Part shown: positions 8,668-18,059 of the stretch, one piece after another | How the letters are laid out: the number at the start of each line of letters is the position of its first letter | How positions within the stretch are numbered: position 1 is the first letter of the stretch | Virus record (IMG/VR): IMGVR_UViG_3300028840_003311 | Reading direction: 5' to 3' (one strand) | Origin: a virus | DNA: 53,982 nucleotides | Program-made: the position numbers and the translations under genes | Notes under the pieces: model-generated | Database searches by the model: none | What the model saw: the letters and a program-made list of their open reading frames with translations, nothing else | What the model was told of the DNA's origin: nothing

Positions 8668-11600
8668 ATGACCGTCACGATCGAACGGTGGACCGGTTCG
8701 GCCTGGACAGACATCACGGCTACGGTCCCACTGCGCGGCTACCCACAACTGGGCTTGCAGGCGATGACCTGTCAAAAGCAAAGCGCAAACCGCGTGACGC
8801 TGGCCAGGTTTTCAGTGGAGGGGGACGACGCTTGGGATACGGACTGCGGGGACGAGATTCGCATTTCTGGCGCCCTCAACACGTTTTTTGGTGGCTATGT
8901 GGCCAGGCGGAAAATGAAGCGGCGCGGCACGATGCTGGGCGCCAATTACGAGCTAGTTGACTACACATCCCTCCTGGATCGAATCGTGGTCCCGGACTAC
9001 ACAGTGGACGCCGGCGATACGGACAGCACAGAAGTTACAGCCCTAGTCAATACGTATCTGGTGCCCCTGGGCGTCACGGTGGGCCAGATTGACACGATCC
9101 AAGCGTCTCTGGAAGAAATCTTTCTACAAGGGACATTCCGCCAGGCTATGGAGGCCATCGCCGCCCAGGCTGCGGGCGCCTACTTCTACATTGACGCCTA
9201 TAAGCAATTCCACTACTTTGAGGCTCCCGCGGACCTCTCCGCCCCAAGCTGGACCGGGCTGGACCTCTCAGACGACCCGACAGACCATCTCTTGTACTCG
9301 GCGTCTCCGTATGCAGAACTCGAGTACATAGAGGACAACACAAGGCGCGTGGACCGGGTATACATTGTCGGGGACGGCGTGGAAGGGTGGTATGGGCCAG
9401 TGTATGGCACCTACCAGGCCATCGTGTGGGATGAAACCGTGACCTCTTCCGCGGCGCTGACCGCCCTGGGCCAGGCTATCACGGCCTGGCAGAACCCCAT
9501 GACCAGCTACACGCTTGTTACCAATAGGGAAAACCCGTTTCACGCGCCAGGTGTGCGGCTCAAGCATAGCGAGTTTACATCTGGCTATGAGGACTTGTTT
9601 GTCAACCGGGCGGAGCTATGGGCTCTAAGCGACGGAACAAATCCAGCCGTCGCATGCCGGATCGAGCTAGGGGACCATCGACTAACGGATGGGTCATTCT
9701 CGGGCGGCGGGCCAGCGGGTAGCACGAGTGGGCGCGGGCCAATATTTGGAGACGGCTCCGAGCATACAGACATTGAGCCGGACGATACCAGCACGGCGGG
9801 CGTGTCCAGGTATGCTGCCCGCGAGGACCATCAACACGGGTTTGAAACGGTGGCGCCCAGCAATATCGGGACAGCCAATGCGGAGGGCAGCGCGGACAGC
9901 ATGGTCCGCAGTGACCACGTTCACAATCACCCCTCGGGCCTGGGCGCGGACCTGCACCACAATCAAAGCCACGTCTTGGCCACGACGGCGGGCCTGGGCG
10001 CGGACCACACGACGAGCGGCCTGACGTCTGGCCAAGTCTTACGGGCTACGGGCGCGACCTCTGCCGCATTCCAGAGTATCCAGGCTGCGGACCTGCCAGC
10101 CCTGGGCGGGACGCCTGGCCTGACCTTGAGCACGGCCAACGCGGCAGGCTCGGCCTCTACGTATGTAAGAACGGATGCGACCATAGCGGTTTTTGATGCT
10201 ACGGCGCCGGACACCTTGACGCCGGACCAGGCGGGCGCGGCAGGTTCTGCCAGCGTGGCCGCTCGACGCGACCACGCGCATGCCATCACGTGTGCGGCGC
10301 CCACGGGCACCCTGACAGAATCTTCCACAAACACAGAGGGAACAGCCTCCACATTCGCTAGAAGTGACCATACACACGCTATCAGCGTGGCCGCAAGTGG
10401 GGCGCCATCCGACGCGCAATACTTGACGCTGGCCTATGACGGCGACCTGTCAGCCGAGCGGCTTTTCACGGCGGGCAACGGGTTGGACGATACAGACGGC
10501 GGGGCAAATGGCGCCTACACCTTGTTCCTTGGCACGCCGGGAACCTTGTCCGTGACCTCTTCCAATGGCGTTACAGCGACCAGTCACACCCACACGGTCA
10601 CGAGCAGTTCCAACCCGGGGAGCGCGGCGTCCTTGCTGGCTACGGATTCCAATGGGCAGGTGCGCGTGATGCGGCTGGGCATCGGCGGCGCCAGCACCGC
10701 GAGTGATAATTCGATCAAATTCGCGGATGACGGATGGGTCGGGCTGGCCTACAACGGCGGGCGTTTTGTGTTCGACTCTACGCCTAGTCCGGACAACATA
10801 CGCGTTGACGACGCAAACCTTGACCTGGACGGGAACGCCCTCGTGCTCGACCCGGACGGGGACACAACTCTGTACGCAACGGAGGACACGGCCATCTTTT
10901 CGGTCGCGGGGAACGACCAATACGAGTTCACAGCGGCCAAGTTGACCATCAAGGCCGCGGGCGGCGGGACCTCCCTGGAAGTTTTTACCCATGGGGATGT
11001 TGACTCGACTGGGCCAGATTTCAAGGCAACCTCCCAGCTTGGCTTGGCGGGCGATAACGTGTGGGTGTTCATAGATCCAGATAGCGGCAGCAGCTCAGGC
11101 CATTTTTCCATCATCAATAACGTTAGCACGTCAGGGGGCGTAACCACGCCCCTGTTCCGCGTTCTAGAGGCGGGCCAGGTGGCTATAAACACGTCGGCCG
11201 CGAGTACCAAGCAAGGCAAGGGCCTGACTATTCACCAAGGCAGCGAGACGGACATTATCCTTGCCCTGCAGGGAACAGGCGTCAACCATGGCTTTACGAC
11301 CTTGGCCGACAATGACACGTTTGGACATTTTCAGAGGGCCAGTTCCACGCGCGGTGGCTTGCGTGTGCGTGGGTGGCGCGAGAACTCTAGCACCTCAACG
11401 CCATACGGCGCGCTAGAGTTGGGCGGCTACCTTGACGAGAACGCCAACACGACCAAGACATCAGGAGGGGGATATGGTATAATACGTCTTATCGGCGGAA
11501 TAGAAAGCGGCGGCGGCGTAACTGCGGCCAACTCGGACGCCAACATTGTATCTATTGAGAGCCACGGATCTGTGCGTTATATTTTTGACGCAGAGGGCAG

Positions 11601-11889
11601 CGCCCACAGTGACGTGGAGTGGACCACGTTCGACGCACATGACGATGTGGGGCTACTGGGCCTGCTGGAAAGCTCCTTTGGTAAGTTCGCGGACGAGCAC
11701 CGGGCGCAATTGGAGGGCCTGGGAATTGCGACCTATGATGGCCAGGCGGGACACGCCATGGTCAACTGGACCAAACTGACCATGCTCTTGGTTGGAAGCG
11801 CGCGACAAACGGGCGCGCGCCTGGCGGCAATCGAACGTTATCTAGGACCTGGCCTGGCCCTGGGCCAGCTAACGGAGGGAGCGAATTGA
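8668..11889 (+). CDS. Large tail tip/tail fibre protein with five R-x-D-H-x-H type repeats
   Basis: 1073 aa immediately after the tape measure. Repeated modules are AAREDHQH, VRSDHVHNH, VRTDATI (degenerate), ARRDHAH and ARSDHTH, at about nt 9800-10400. Confidence 0.7.
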   Translation: MTVTIERWTGSAWTDITATVPLRGYPQLGLQAMTCQKQSANRVTLARFSVEGDDAWDTDCGDEIRISGALNTFFGGYVARRKMKRRGTMLGANYELVDYTSLLDRIVVPDYTVDAGDTDSTEVTALVNTYLVPLGVTVGQIDTIQASLEEIFLQGTFRQAMEAIAAQAAGAYFYIDAYKQFHYFEAPADLSAPSWTGLDLSDDPTDHLLYSASPYAELEYIEDNTRRVDRVYIVGDGVEGWYGPVYGTYQAIVWDETVTSSAALTALGQAITAWQNPMTSYTLVTNRENPFHAPGVRLKHSEFTSGYEDLFVNRAELWALSDGTNPAVACRIELGDHRLTDGSFSGGGPAGSTSGRGPIFGDGSEHTDIEPDDTSTAGVSRYAAREDHQHGFETVAPSNIGTANAEGSADSMVRSDHVHNHPSGLGADLHHNQSHVLATTAGLGADHTTSGLTSGQVLRATGATSAAFQSIQAADLPALGGTPGLTLSTANAAGSASTYVRTDATIAVFDATAPDTLTPDQAGAAGSASVAARRDHAHAITCAAPTGTLTESSTNTEGTASTFARSDHTHAISVAASGAPSDAQYLTLAYDGDLSAERLFTAGNGLDDTDGGANGAYTLFLGTPGTLSVTSSNGVTATSHTHTVTSSSNPGSAASLLATDSNGQVRVMRLGIGGASTASDNSIKFADDGWVGLAYNGGRFVFDSTPSPDNIRVDDANLDLDGNALVLDPDGDTTLYATEDTAIFSVAGNDQYEFTAAKLTIKAAGGGTSLEVFTHGDVDSTGPDFKATSQLGLAGDNVWVFIDPDSGSSSGHFSIINNVSTSGGVTTPLFRVLEAGQVAINTSAASTKQGKGLTIHQGSETDIILALQGTGVNHGFTTLADNDTFGHFQRASSTRGGLRVRGWRENSSTSTPYGALELGGYLDENANTTKTSGGGYGIIRLIGGIESGGGVTAANSDANIVSIESHGSVRYIFDAEGSAHSDVEWTTFDAHDDVGLLGLLESSFGKFADEHRAQLEGLGIATYDGQAGHAMVNWTKLTMLLVGSARQTGARLAAIERYLGPGLALGQLTEGAN

Positions 11890-12116
11890 CGCACATCATC
11901 AGTATACACATCATCACCGGGGAGGCGGGCCAGCCGCCAAGTATACAGTTTGTCCTCAGCGAGGGCGTCACGCCGGACATGGGCGCGGATGCGTGCGCTG
12001 CGGTTCGGCGGGAATTGGAGATAAGGGCGCGCGAGGCCTACGCCAAGGCCCAGGTGGAGCTCGCCCTGGCAGACAAGGCGGATACGGACAAGGAGGCGTC
12101 AGATGGAGCCGATTAG
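11886..12116 (+). CDS. Small hypothetical protein
   Basis: TTG start after GGAGGGAG, overlapping the upstream stop. 76 aa. Confidence 0.4.
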   Translation: MTHIISIHIITGEAGQPPSIQFVLSEGVTPDMGADACAAVRRELEIRAREAYAKAQVELALADKADTDKEASDGAD

Positions 12117-13191
12117 GCTACTGCTTAGAGATCCCTGGCCCATCCTGGGAATGCATGGCGAGTCCCCCATGGAGGGTGGCGGGTGGACTGTGCTGACCAG
12201 GGAGCACGGCGACGATCCCACCCACACGGGTGGCGGGGACTTCCGCTTTGTTCTCGAAAAAGGGAGACGCCCCATCGTCCGCCTCAATGTGGGCTACGGG
12301 GAGCGAGGCACTATCCCAAGGCGTGACCGGTACGACCAAGGATCCCACAGGGCGGCGGTCTACGTGCGGGACTCAAAGGGCTGTGACGTTTGGGTTATCG
12401 GGAACGAATGGAATTGTTCTTGGGAGCGCCCACGTTACCCAAACGGGACCCGCCCGCCCATCATGCCATGGGAATACGCTTCTTACTACGACATGGCCAG
12501 GGAGCGCATTCGGAACGTCCCAGGCCACGAAATGGACATTGTCCTCTTTGCGCCGGTCGGGCCGTGGAACCCTGAAACGGTTTACAAAACCAATGAGCGC
12601 GGCGACTGGCTCCGCGCATACCAGGACGCCCAGGCGGCAGTCGAGACAGACATTGACGGGTTTGCATGGCACGCCTACGCCAGAGAGCAGGACGCGACGC
12701 GCCTTTCGCGGCATCACTATATGGACCAGCCAGGCTGGACGGACCATCACTGGGAGTTCCACGTATTTGAGGACTGGCACCGGGCGACACTGGCCAAGTA
12801 CCAAAGCCGCTATAGGTTCATTACAGAGTTCAATGCAAACAAGCCCTGGCAGGACATCAACGTGGGCTTCATTCGCCAGGCCGTTCTCGAGATTTTCGCC
12901 TGGAACCAAACGCGCGATGCTGGCCCAGCGGCCATCCAGGCCCTGGCGACCTACAGGTGGGAATACGACCGGTGGGAGATGAAGGGCAAGAACGCCCTCC
13001 TGCAAGACTGGCAGCAGGCTGCCTATGATGGGTATATGGCGCCGGGGGCGGACGATCCTACAGTTCCGCCCATCAACCCGGACCCGGACCCGGACCCAGG
13101 GGGGAACACGTGGAGCTTGACCGGGCGCCTTGTCGGCCCGGATGGCCAACAGTACAGAATAGAAGGGAGTGTGATCCGTGAGGCAATTTGA
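12103..13191 (+). CDS. Glycoside hydrolase, clan GH-A-like (beta/alpha)8 enzyme (candidate lysin or depolymerase)
   Basis: ATG after AAGGAGG. VWVIGNEWN provides an acid/base NE motif and ITEFN a candidate nucleophile Glu. C-terminal PDPDPDP linker. Confidence 0.5.
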   Translation: MEPIRLLLRDPWPILGMHGESPMEGGGWTVLTREHGDDPTHTGGGDFRFVLEKGRRPIVRLNVGYGERGTIPRRDRYDQGSHRAAVYVRDSKGCDVWVIGNEWNCSWERPRYPNGTRPPIMPWEYASYYDMARERIRNVPGHEMDIVLFAPVGPWNPETVYKTNERGDWLRAYQDAQAAVETDIDGFAWHAYAREQDATRLSRHHYMDQPGWTDHHWEFHVFEDWHRATLAKYQSRYRFITEFNANKPWQDINVGFIRQAVLEIFAWNQTRDAGPAAIQALATYRWEYDRWEMKGKNALLQDWQQAAYDGYMAPGADDPTVPPINPDPDPDPGGNTWSLTGRLVGPDGQQYRIEGSVIREAI

Positions 13192-14089
13192 TCAATGGCG
13201 ACTTGAGCGGCGGCACTATCATAGGCGCCTTGGGCGACGTCGGCCGGCAGCGGCGAACGCATGGCTTTTGGCCTTGGCTGGCCTGTTGACCGTGTGCGCG
13301 ATGCTGACTCCGCCTTCCCCGGTGGCCGCCAAGGAAGTGGAAACGGCGGGCAGCCTGGCCCAGGTGGCCAGCGTTCCCCCTCCCAGGCGCATTCCGGCCC
13401 TGCTCAATCCATCCTTTGAGGATGGCTTTACGGTGCGCGAGGCCTCGGAGTTGGAGGGCGCGCGCGAGTGGACGCTTCTCTTTCTGCAGGGCGACCATCC
13501 CTTATGTAGGGCGCCTTGCCATCGGCCAGAGTACAAGCCAGTCAACCGGGCAGACCACGACCAAGCCCAGTATGTGACAGATGGCCAGTTCAGCCAGCGG
13601 TTTTTTTCCACTCACGCGCGCATGTTCGGAACACTGACCCAGCGGGTGGAAGTGGAGCCGCGCGCGTGGTATGAGTTTTCGTGCGATATGAAAGCCAAGC
13701 AAGACAGGCCGGGTGGGCCTGCTATCTTTGTGGGACTCAACCCCTGGGGTGGCGGCGTGTGGGATCGTCAGACCGTTTGGGGAGAAGAAACGGGCGTCCC
13801 TGATGAATGGCATCGGATGACAGTCCGGGCGCAAGCGTGGGGAGGCATGGCGACGGTCATCATCGCATCTAATCCGAAGTGGCCCACGTCCCACACGGTC
13901 TACGTAGACAATTGCACCATCCGAGAAATCCCTGGCCCTGGGGAAGATTGTAACTGCCCAGGCCCTGGGGATTGCCCGGAGTGCCCGGAGTGCCCAGTCG
14001 GTGGCCAGGGCGTGGACTATGGCCGCATTCGGGAAATCGTGGGCCAGGAGGTTCGGGCCGCGAGGCCTATTGTAACCTGGCCAGAGTAG
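13178..14089 (+). CDS. Exported or membrane-anchored protein with carbohydrate-binding-module-like jelly roll and Cys-rich tail
   Basis: GTG after GAAGGGAG. N-terminal Arg-rich segment plus hydrophobic stretch (RRRPAAANAWLLALAGLLTVCAML). NPSFEDGF start typical of CBM4/9-like modules. CNCPGPGDCPECPECP near the C-terminus. Confidence 0.5.
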   Translation: MRQFDQWRLERRHYHRRLGRRRPAAANAWLLALAGLLTVCAMLTPPSPVAAKEVETAGSLAQVASVPPPRRIPALLNPSFEDGFTVREASELEGAREWTLLFLQGDHPLCRAPCHRPEYKPVNRADHDQAQYVTDGQFSQRFFSTHARMFGTLTQRVEVEPRAWYEFSCDMKAKQDRPGGPAIFVGLNPWGGGVWDRQTVWGEETGVPDEWHRMTVRAQAWGGMATVIIASNPKWPTSHTVYVDNCTIREIPGPGEDCNCPGPGDCPECPECPVGGQGVDYGRIREIVGQEVRAARPIVTWPE

Positions 14090-14098
14090 GGAAAGCCC

Positions 14099-14320
14099 GT
14101 GTCTGACGACGCGACCATCTCAACTAAAATCGCCCTCGCGCGTGTCGACGAACGACTAAAGGCCCTGGAAGAAGAAGCCCTTGCGAAGCTGGGCGCGGAC
14201 TTGCGGGTGGCCGTTACGGACATTCGGTCACAACTGAAGATTATATGGGCGTTAGTGTTTTTGGTGATTTCTGGCCTGGTTAGTGTGGCTTTTAGCATGT
14301 GGCAGGGAGGGATACCTTGA
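14099..14320 (+). CDS. Small coiled-coil protein with C-terminal transmembrane helix (holin/spanin-like)
   Basis: GTG start. Contains IIWALVFLVISGLVSVAF. Located in the lysis-region position. Confidence 0.5.
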   Translation: MSDDATISTKIALARVDERLKALEEEALAKLGADLRVAVTDIRSQLKIIWALVFLVISGLVSVAFSMWQGGIP

Positions 14321-14775
14321 GGACGCCAAGATACCACAGATGGAGGCTGATTTGCGTTTCCGCCCTGACTGCGTGTGCGGTGGCCGCGGTGGCTTGGGTG
14401 ATTGCTATGTCACTCCTGAGCCTGTTCGCCAATGGCTCAATCTACCACGTGGAGCAGCCAGTCCCCGTTTTGAGTGTCAATCAAGAGGAAATCCTCCTGC
14501 TGTACCACAGATGGGCCAGGCTGGACATGGCGGGAACGTGCTCCAGGGAACTACAATGCGAACAGGTTTATGAGTTTGGGGCGCGCGCCTGCCCATTGGA
14601 AAAGGGCGCGTCAACGTTTGGCCTGGCCATCCCCGTCCCGGAGACGGCGAACGGCACGTGTGTAGCGCGTGGCGTAGTGGAATACAGCCCTTTGGGCACG
14701 CTCGGGCCAAGATTGACCCACATGTGGGAATCGGAGCCGTTTGAAGTGGGCGGACAGCCCACAAGAAAGGAGTAA
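14317..14775 (+). CDS. N-terminally membrane-anchored protein (lysis-region)
   Basis: TTG 14317 after GGGAGGGA, overlapping the upstream TGA (TTGA). TM segment LICVSALTACAVAAVAWVIAMSLL. Confidence 0.5.
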   Translation: MRTPRYHRWRLICVSALTACAVAAVAWVIAMSLLSLFANGSIYHVEQPVPVLSVNQEEILLLYHRWARLDMAGTCSRELQCEQVYEFGARACPLEKGASTFGLAIPVPETANGTCVARGVVEYSPLGTLGPRLTHMWESEPFEVGGQPTRKE

Positions 14776-14779
14776 CCCC

Positions 14780-15178
14780 TTGAGGAATCGTCAATGGATC
14801 GTGTTGGTGTTTGCGGTGGGCGCCTTGCTGGCCCTGGGCTTTACGCGGGCCGCCCAGGATGTACCCGTGTTCACGTGGGCGGCGGCTTGGCCGCCCCTCT
14901 TGTCCTTGGTGGGCGGCGTAGCTGGGCGGGCGTTCCTGCCCTATATCCTCACTGGGCTAAAGGTTGTCCAGGACGAAAAAACGTGGGCGGCCTGGCCCAA
15001 GTTTGAACCTGTCTATGTGACCACGTTTCTGGCGTCGGCCATCGGGTACGCGGTGATTTTGGCGACGGTGATGGGAGTGTTTGAAAGGCTCTTGGGCCTG
15101 ACCATACGCGAGGCGGCAGCCGTGGGCTACGGCCTGGCAGACTTGACCAGGGAGGTAACCAAAAATCCAAAGCCGTAG
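14780..15178 (+). CDS. Multi-pass membrane protein (holin-like)
   Basis: TTG 14780 after AAAGGAG. Three to four hydrophobic helices. It is the last gene of the rightward arm. Confidence 0.5.
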   Translation: MRNRQWIVLVFAVGALLALGFTRAAQDVPVFTWAAAWPPLLSLVGGVAGRAFLPYILTGLKVVQDEKTWAAWPKFEPVYVTTFLASAIGYAVILATVMGVFERLLGLTIREAAAVGYGLADLTREVTKNPKP

Positions 15179-15205
15179 CGCAAAACGCCCAAGTTGACCA
15201 TTTTC

Positions 15206-15239
15206 AAAAGGCGCCCGGTCACACGACCAGGCGCCTTTT
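15206..15239. terminator. Bidirectional intrinsic terminator at the convergence of the two arms
   Basis: AAAAGGCGCC-c-GGTC-acac-GACC-a-GGCGCCTTTT, a GC-rich stem flanked by an A-run and a T-run. It lies between the + gene ending at 15178 and the - gene ending at 15241. Confidence 0.7.
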
Positions 15240-15240
15240 G

Positions 15241-15870
15241 CTATTCGGTGGCCGCCCAGGGCGGCGCCTCGTTCTTGCGTGGTCCCCACGGCCTGAGCGG
15301 TGGAGGATCCTCGCAGTTCAGCGCTACGGTGTAGGCGGACGACTGCACCATCCCGATGACGCGCGGGCGCATCACGAACACCCGATGGGCGTCCCAGCTA
15401 CCACAGTGGATGCACGTCGTGCTCTTTAGGTGCGGGACGCCTGGCGGCGGCGCCAGGTTGAAGTCCCGCCCACAGGCGGAGCATCGCCAGGTGGGCGCGC
15501 TCGGGCTGTAGTCCACGCCAGGCTGAAACACAAACTGGGGCGGCTCGGGCGGATAGCTCAGGAAAAGGTCCATCTCCTGGGCCATCGGCGGGCCTGGCGC
15601 GAACCAAATCTCGTCATTCATATCAGAGAAGTAGCGGCCATCCGGTTCGCGGCGGATGGCGCCCATGTAGCTGTTCGTGGCCAAGGGTTTCCCCGCCTCT
15701 TTCATCACAAGGTTGACCACGGGCCAGGCGCGCACGATCCATTCCGCATGGTCGTTCCAATGGTCGTAGTAGCGCGGGCCAACGATGTCCGTGACCACGT
15801 GGACCAGGTGGCTGCAGGAACTGGCCACGAGCATCCCCGTCTCGATCCCCAGGGCGGTCTTGAACAGCAT
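15241..15870 (-). CDS. Hypothetical protein with zinc-ribbon (CSACG...CIHCG)
   Basis: The ATG overlaps the upstream stop (TGATG). 209 aa. Confidence 0.6.
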   Translation of the reverse strand: MLFKTALGIETGMLVASSCSHLVHVVTDIVGPRYYDHWNDHAEWIVRAWPVVNLVMKEAGKPLATNSYMGAIRREPDGRYFSDMNDEIWFAPGPPMAQEMDLFLSYPPEPPQFVFQPGVDYSPSAPTWRCSACGRDFNLAPPPGVPHLKSTTCIHCGSWDAHRVFVMRPRVIGMVQSSAYTVALNCEDPPPLRPWGPRKNEAPPWAATE

Positions 15871-16166
15871 CAGCGGGCGCGTTCAACGGGCGCCAGGTGG
15901 CCATCCACGACCACGTTCGCGCGCGTCACGGTCAGCGTAAAATCGGCGGCGGTCGGGTCGGCCAGGGCGGTCAACACGTGGACCAGGGCGGGGAATCCCT
16001 TGTGGGCTACGGCTGACCACAGGTGGTACAGGTCTGCGTCCATCGAAACGACTTTCCAGCCATCCTTGACGGGCGTCTCTAGCATCGTGCTAAGGTCAGG
16101 CGTCGCGTCCGGGTCGTACTCGTCGGCCTCCAGCATGAAATGGCTGGCCCATCTTGCGTTACCCAC
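15870..16166 (-). CDS. Hypothetical protein
   Basis: GTG 16166 after GAAAGGAGA. Track ORF 15870-16214 trimmed. Confidence 0.5.
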   Translation of the reverse strand: MGNARWASHFMLEADEYDPDATPDLSTMLETPVKDGWKVVSMDADLYHLWSAVAHKGFPALVHVLTALADPTAADFTLTVTRANVVVDGHLAPVERAR

Positions 16167-16446
16167 GTTCGTCTCCTTTCGGGCGCTTAGTGGCGTCCTT
16201 TGTTGTATGTGCATCCAAGAAAGCGCCCTTTGGTGGGCTGCGCCATCGAGTCATATGGGCCTGTTCCTGGGAAGCGGTCGGGTCCAACCCAAACGCGAAT
16301 CCGACAGAGATCAAGGCGCTCAGGGCGCCCTCCCTGTACGCTCGAGAGAGAGGGCTCGTATCGGTCGAAAGGGCGGCCTCTATGCTGAAACGGGTAGCCG
16401 TTAGGGCGCGCGCAATATCCTCCTGAAAGTATACGGTTTTTCCCAA
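16159..16446 (-). CDS. Hypothetical protein
   Basis: TTG 16446 after CAGGAGGA. Track ORF 16159-16596 trimmed. Confidence 0.45.
   Translation of the reverse strand: MGKTVYFQEDIARALTATRFSIEAALSTDTSPLSRAYREGALSALISVGFAFGLDPTASQEQAHMTRWRSPPKGAFLDAHTTKDATKRPKGDERG
16203..16218. promoter_or_regulatory. 16-bp near-palindrome TTGTATGTGCATCCAA (one of three related sites)
   Basis: Nearly identical to 27164-27179 (reverse strand TTGTATGTACATCCAA) and to 34342-34357 (TTGGATGTGCATCCAA). Confidence 0.4.
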
Positions 16447-16496
16447 TGTGTCCTCCTGGCGACTACTACTACTACCGCGCGGGCGGCCTGGGCCAG

Positions 16497-18059
16497 CTAT
16501 GTGGCCTGAGAAGAAGTAGTAGAAGTGTAGTATTGAAATAGCGTGTTGACGTCGTACCATGGCTTTCCGCCTGAGCTTCCAGTCAGTTCCTGGCAAATGC
16601 GGGTAGGCTTGTCCCAGCCGAGGTCTACCAGGCCCTTTACCTTGGCAGCCAGGGGTGTGCTAAGGAGGCGGGCCAGGTTGTCGGCTTGCTCCGGCTCCAC
16701 GTCGACAGGAACAGACGCGGGCGCCGGGTGACGCGGGCCTCCGCTCGGAACGCTGCGGAGATCCGAGTCTGAAACAAAGGGCGCCTGTATCTCCACGGGC
16801 GTTTTGCCGGGCAGCGTGACCCAGGCGCGTCCCACGGTGGTCAAGTGTGCGGCGTCCGGCAGGCCCAAAACGCGCGCCTGACTGGGCTTTTCCGCGTGGA
16901 AGTGGACCTTGGTGGAAAACATGGTCCCCATCTTAGAGGGGATGGTGTCCGCGTACCATACAGGGGAAATGAACCACAGGCCAAAGCCATACTTGCGGGC
17001 GCGCTTGAGCATGTCAGCCCCAAGGGCGCGGATGGCTGGATCCTCGAGAACGGTGGCGGCCTCATCCATAAAGACAATGATGGGAACCAGCGGTTGGGGC
17101 GCCAGGGCGTTATACTTGGCCAGCGTGTCCACGCCCTGCTCGCGGTAGGCGCGGTATAGCTCTTCTCGGTGATTCAGTTCGCCCGCAAGCTCCTGCATTA
17201 CGGCCAGTATAGTTCTCTCGTCGCTGGCTACGGGCCATAGAGCGTTCGGTGATCGCTCAAAGGGCGCCAGCGTGACGTCCTGTGGGTCCACAAGGACCAG
17301 GTGGACCGGATCGGTGGAGTTCGCAATCTGCCAGGCCAGAAACCTGGCCAGCATAGACTTGCCCCATCCAGTCACGCCTGCAATAGCGCCGTGCACAAAG
17401 CGCATCACGTTGCCGGTCACTGGCCCATCCACGCCCTGGCCAAGGACCAGGTTGCGATACGTAGGGTCACCACGAATAAGCTGATGCATCGGAATGAACT
17501 CCGGGAGTTGTGGCGCCGGTCCGCTGATGCTCGCAACGGGCGCGGCCTGGGCAGCCTGGGCAGGTCTTGAGCCTTGAGCCTGGGCGGCCATCAAGAGGCG
17601 CTCCATCGGAAGGTCCAGGGCACTAACCTGAAACGATCCATCCGGGGCAACCTCTACAGTCCAACCCCCACGCCCATCGCTCGGCATGAGTTGCCGGACC
17701 TGGGCGTGGGTGGCCATCACTCGCATGTGCTTTGCTTTGATACGGTGGAGCTCAAGCCGACGCATCCGCTTGAACCAGGCATCCCAGGCCAGAAGGCCCA
17801 GGCGGGCCAGGCCAGCCAGGGCGCCCACGGTGAACAGGGCACGGGCGATTCCCTTAACCGTCCACAGTCTGGCCCAGACCATTGTCGCACGGGCGCCCAG
17901 CGTGGGCCACGACTCCGCGACCATAATCGCAGAAACGGCTACAGCAAGGCCCAGCAGGCCGCCCAGCAGAAGGCGGGCGACCATGGTCAGCCGACCAGCC
18001 TGGGCGACTGGCTCAGATTTTGACTGAGGGCAGTTCGTAGGTATCGCCGTCTTGTTCAT
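16497..18059 (-). CDS. Membrane-anchored FtsK/SpoIIIE-family DNA translocase-like ATPase
   Basis: Walker A GVTGWGKS and Walker B IIVFMDEAA. N-terminal TM helices (LLLGGLLGLAVAVSAIMV). ATG 18059 after GGAG. Confidence 0.8.
   Translation of the reverse strand: MNKTAIPTNCPQSKSEPVAQAGRLTMVARLLLGGLLGLAVAVSAIMVAESWPTLGARATMVWARLWTVKGIARALFTVGALAGLARLGLLAWDAWFKRMRRLELHRIKAKHMRVMATHAQVRQLMPSDGRGGWTVEVAPDGSFQVSALDLPMERLLMAAQAQGSRPAQAAQAAPVASISGPAPQLPEFIPMHQLIRGDPTYRNLVLGQGVDGPVTGNVMRFVHGAIAGVTGWGKSMLARFLAWQIANSTDPVHLVLVDPQDVTLAPFERSPNALWPVASDERTILAVMQELAGELNHREELYRAYREQGVDTLAKYNALAPQPLVPIIVFMDEAATVLEDPAIRALGADMLKRARKYGFGLWFISPVWYADTIPSKMGTMFSTKVHFHAEKPSQARVLGLPDAAHLTTVGRAWVTLPGKTPVEIQAPFVSDSDLRSVPSGGPRHPAPASVPVDVEPEQADNLARLLSTPLAAKVKGLVDLGWDKPTRICQELTGSSGGKPWYDVNTLFQYYTSTTSSQAT

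Noticed and set aside
15430-16404. 324-aa + strand ORF. The same argument applies to 18741-19835, 24379-25473, 29363-30103 and 33203-34284 on +, and to 12373-13149, 10450-10992, 6611-7168 and 52681-53475 on -.
   Set aside because: All are antisense or off-frame to better-supported genes in uniformly oriented operons. They lack SD sequences and have Arg/Gly/Pro-dominated composition.
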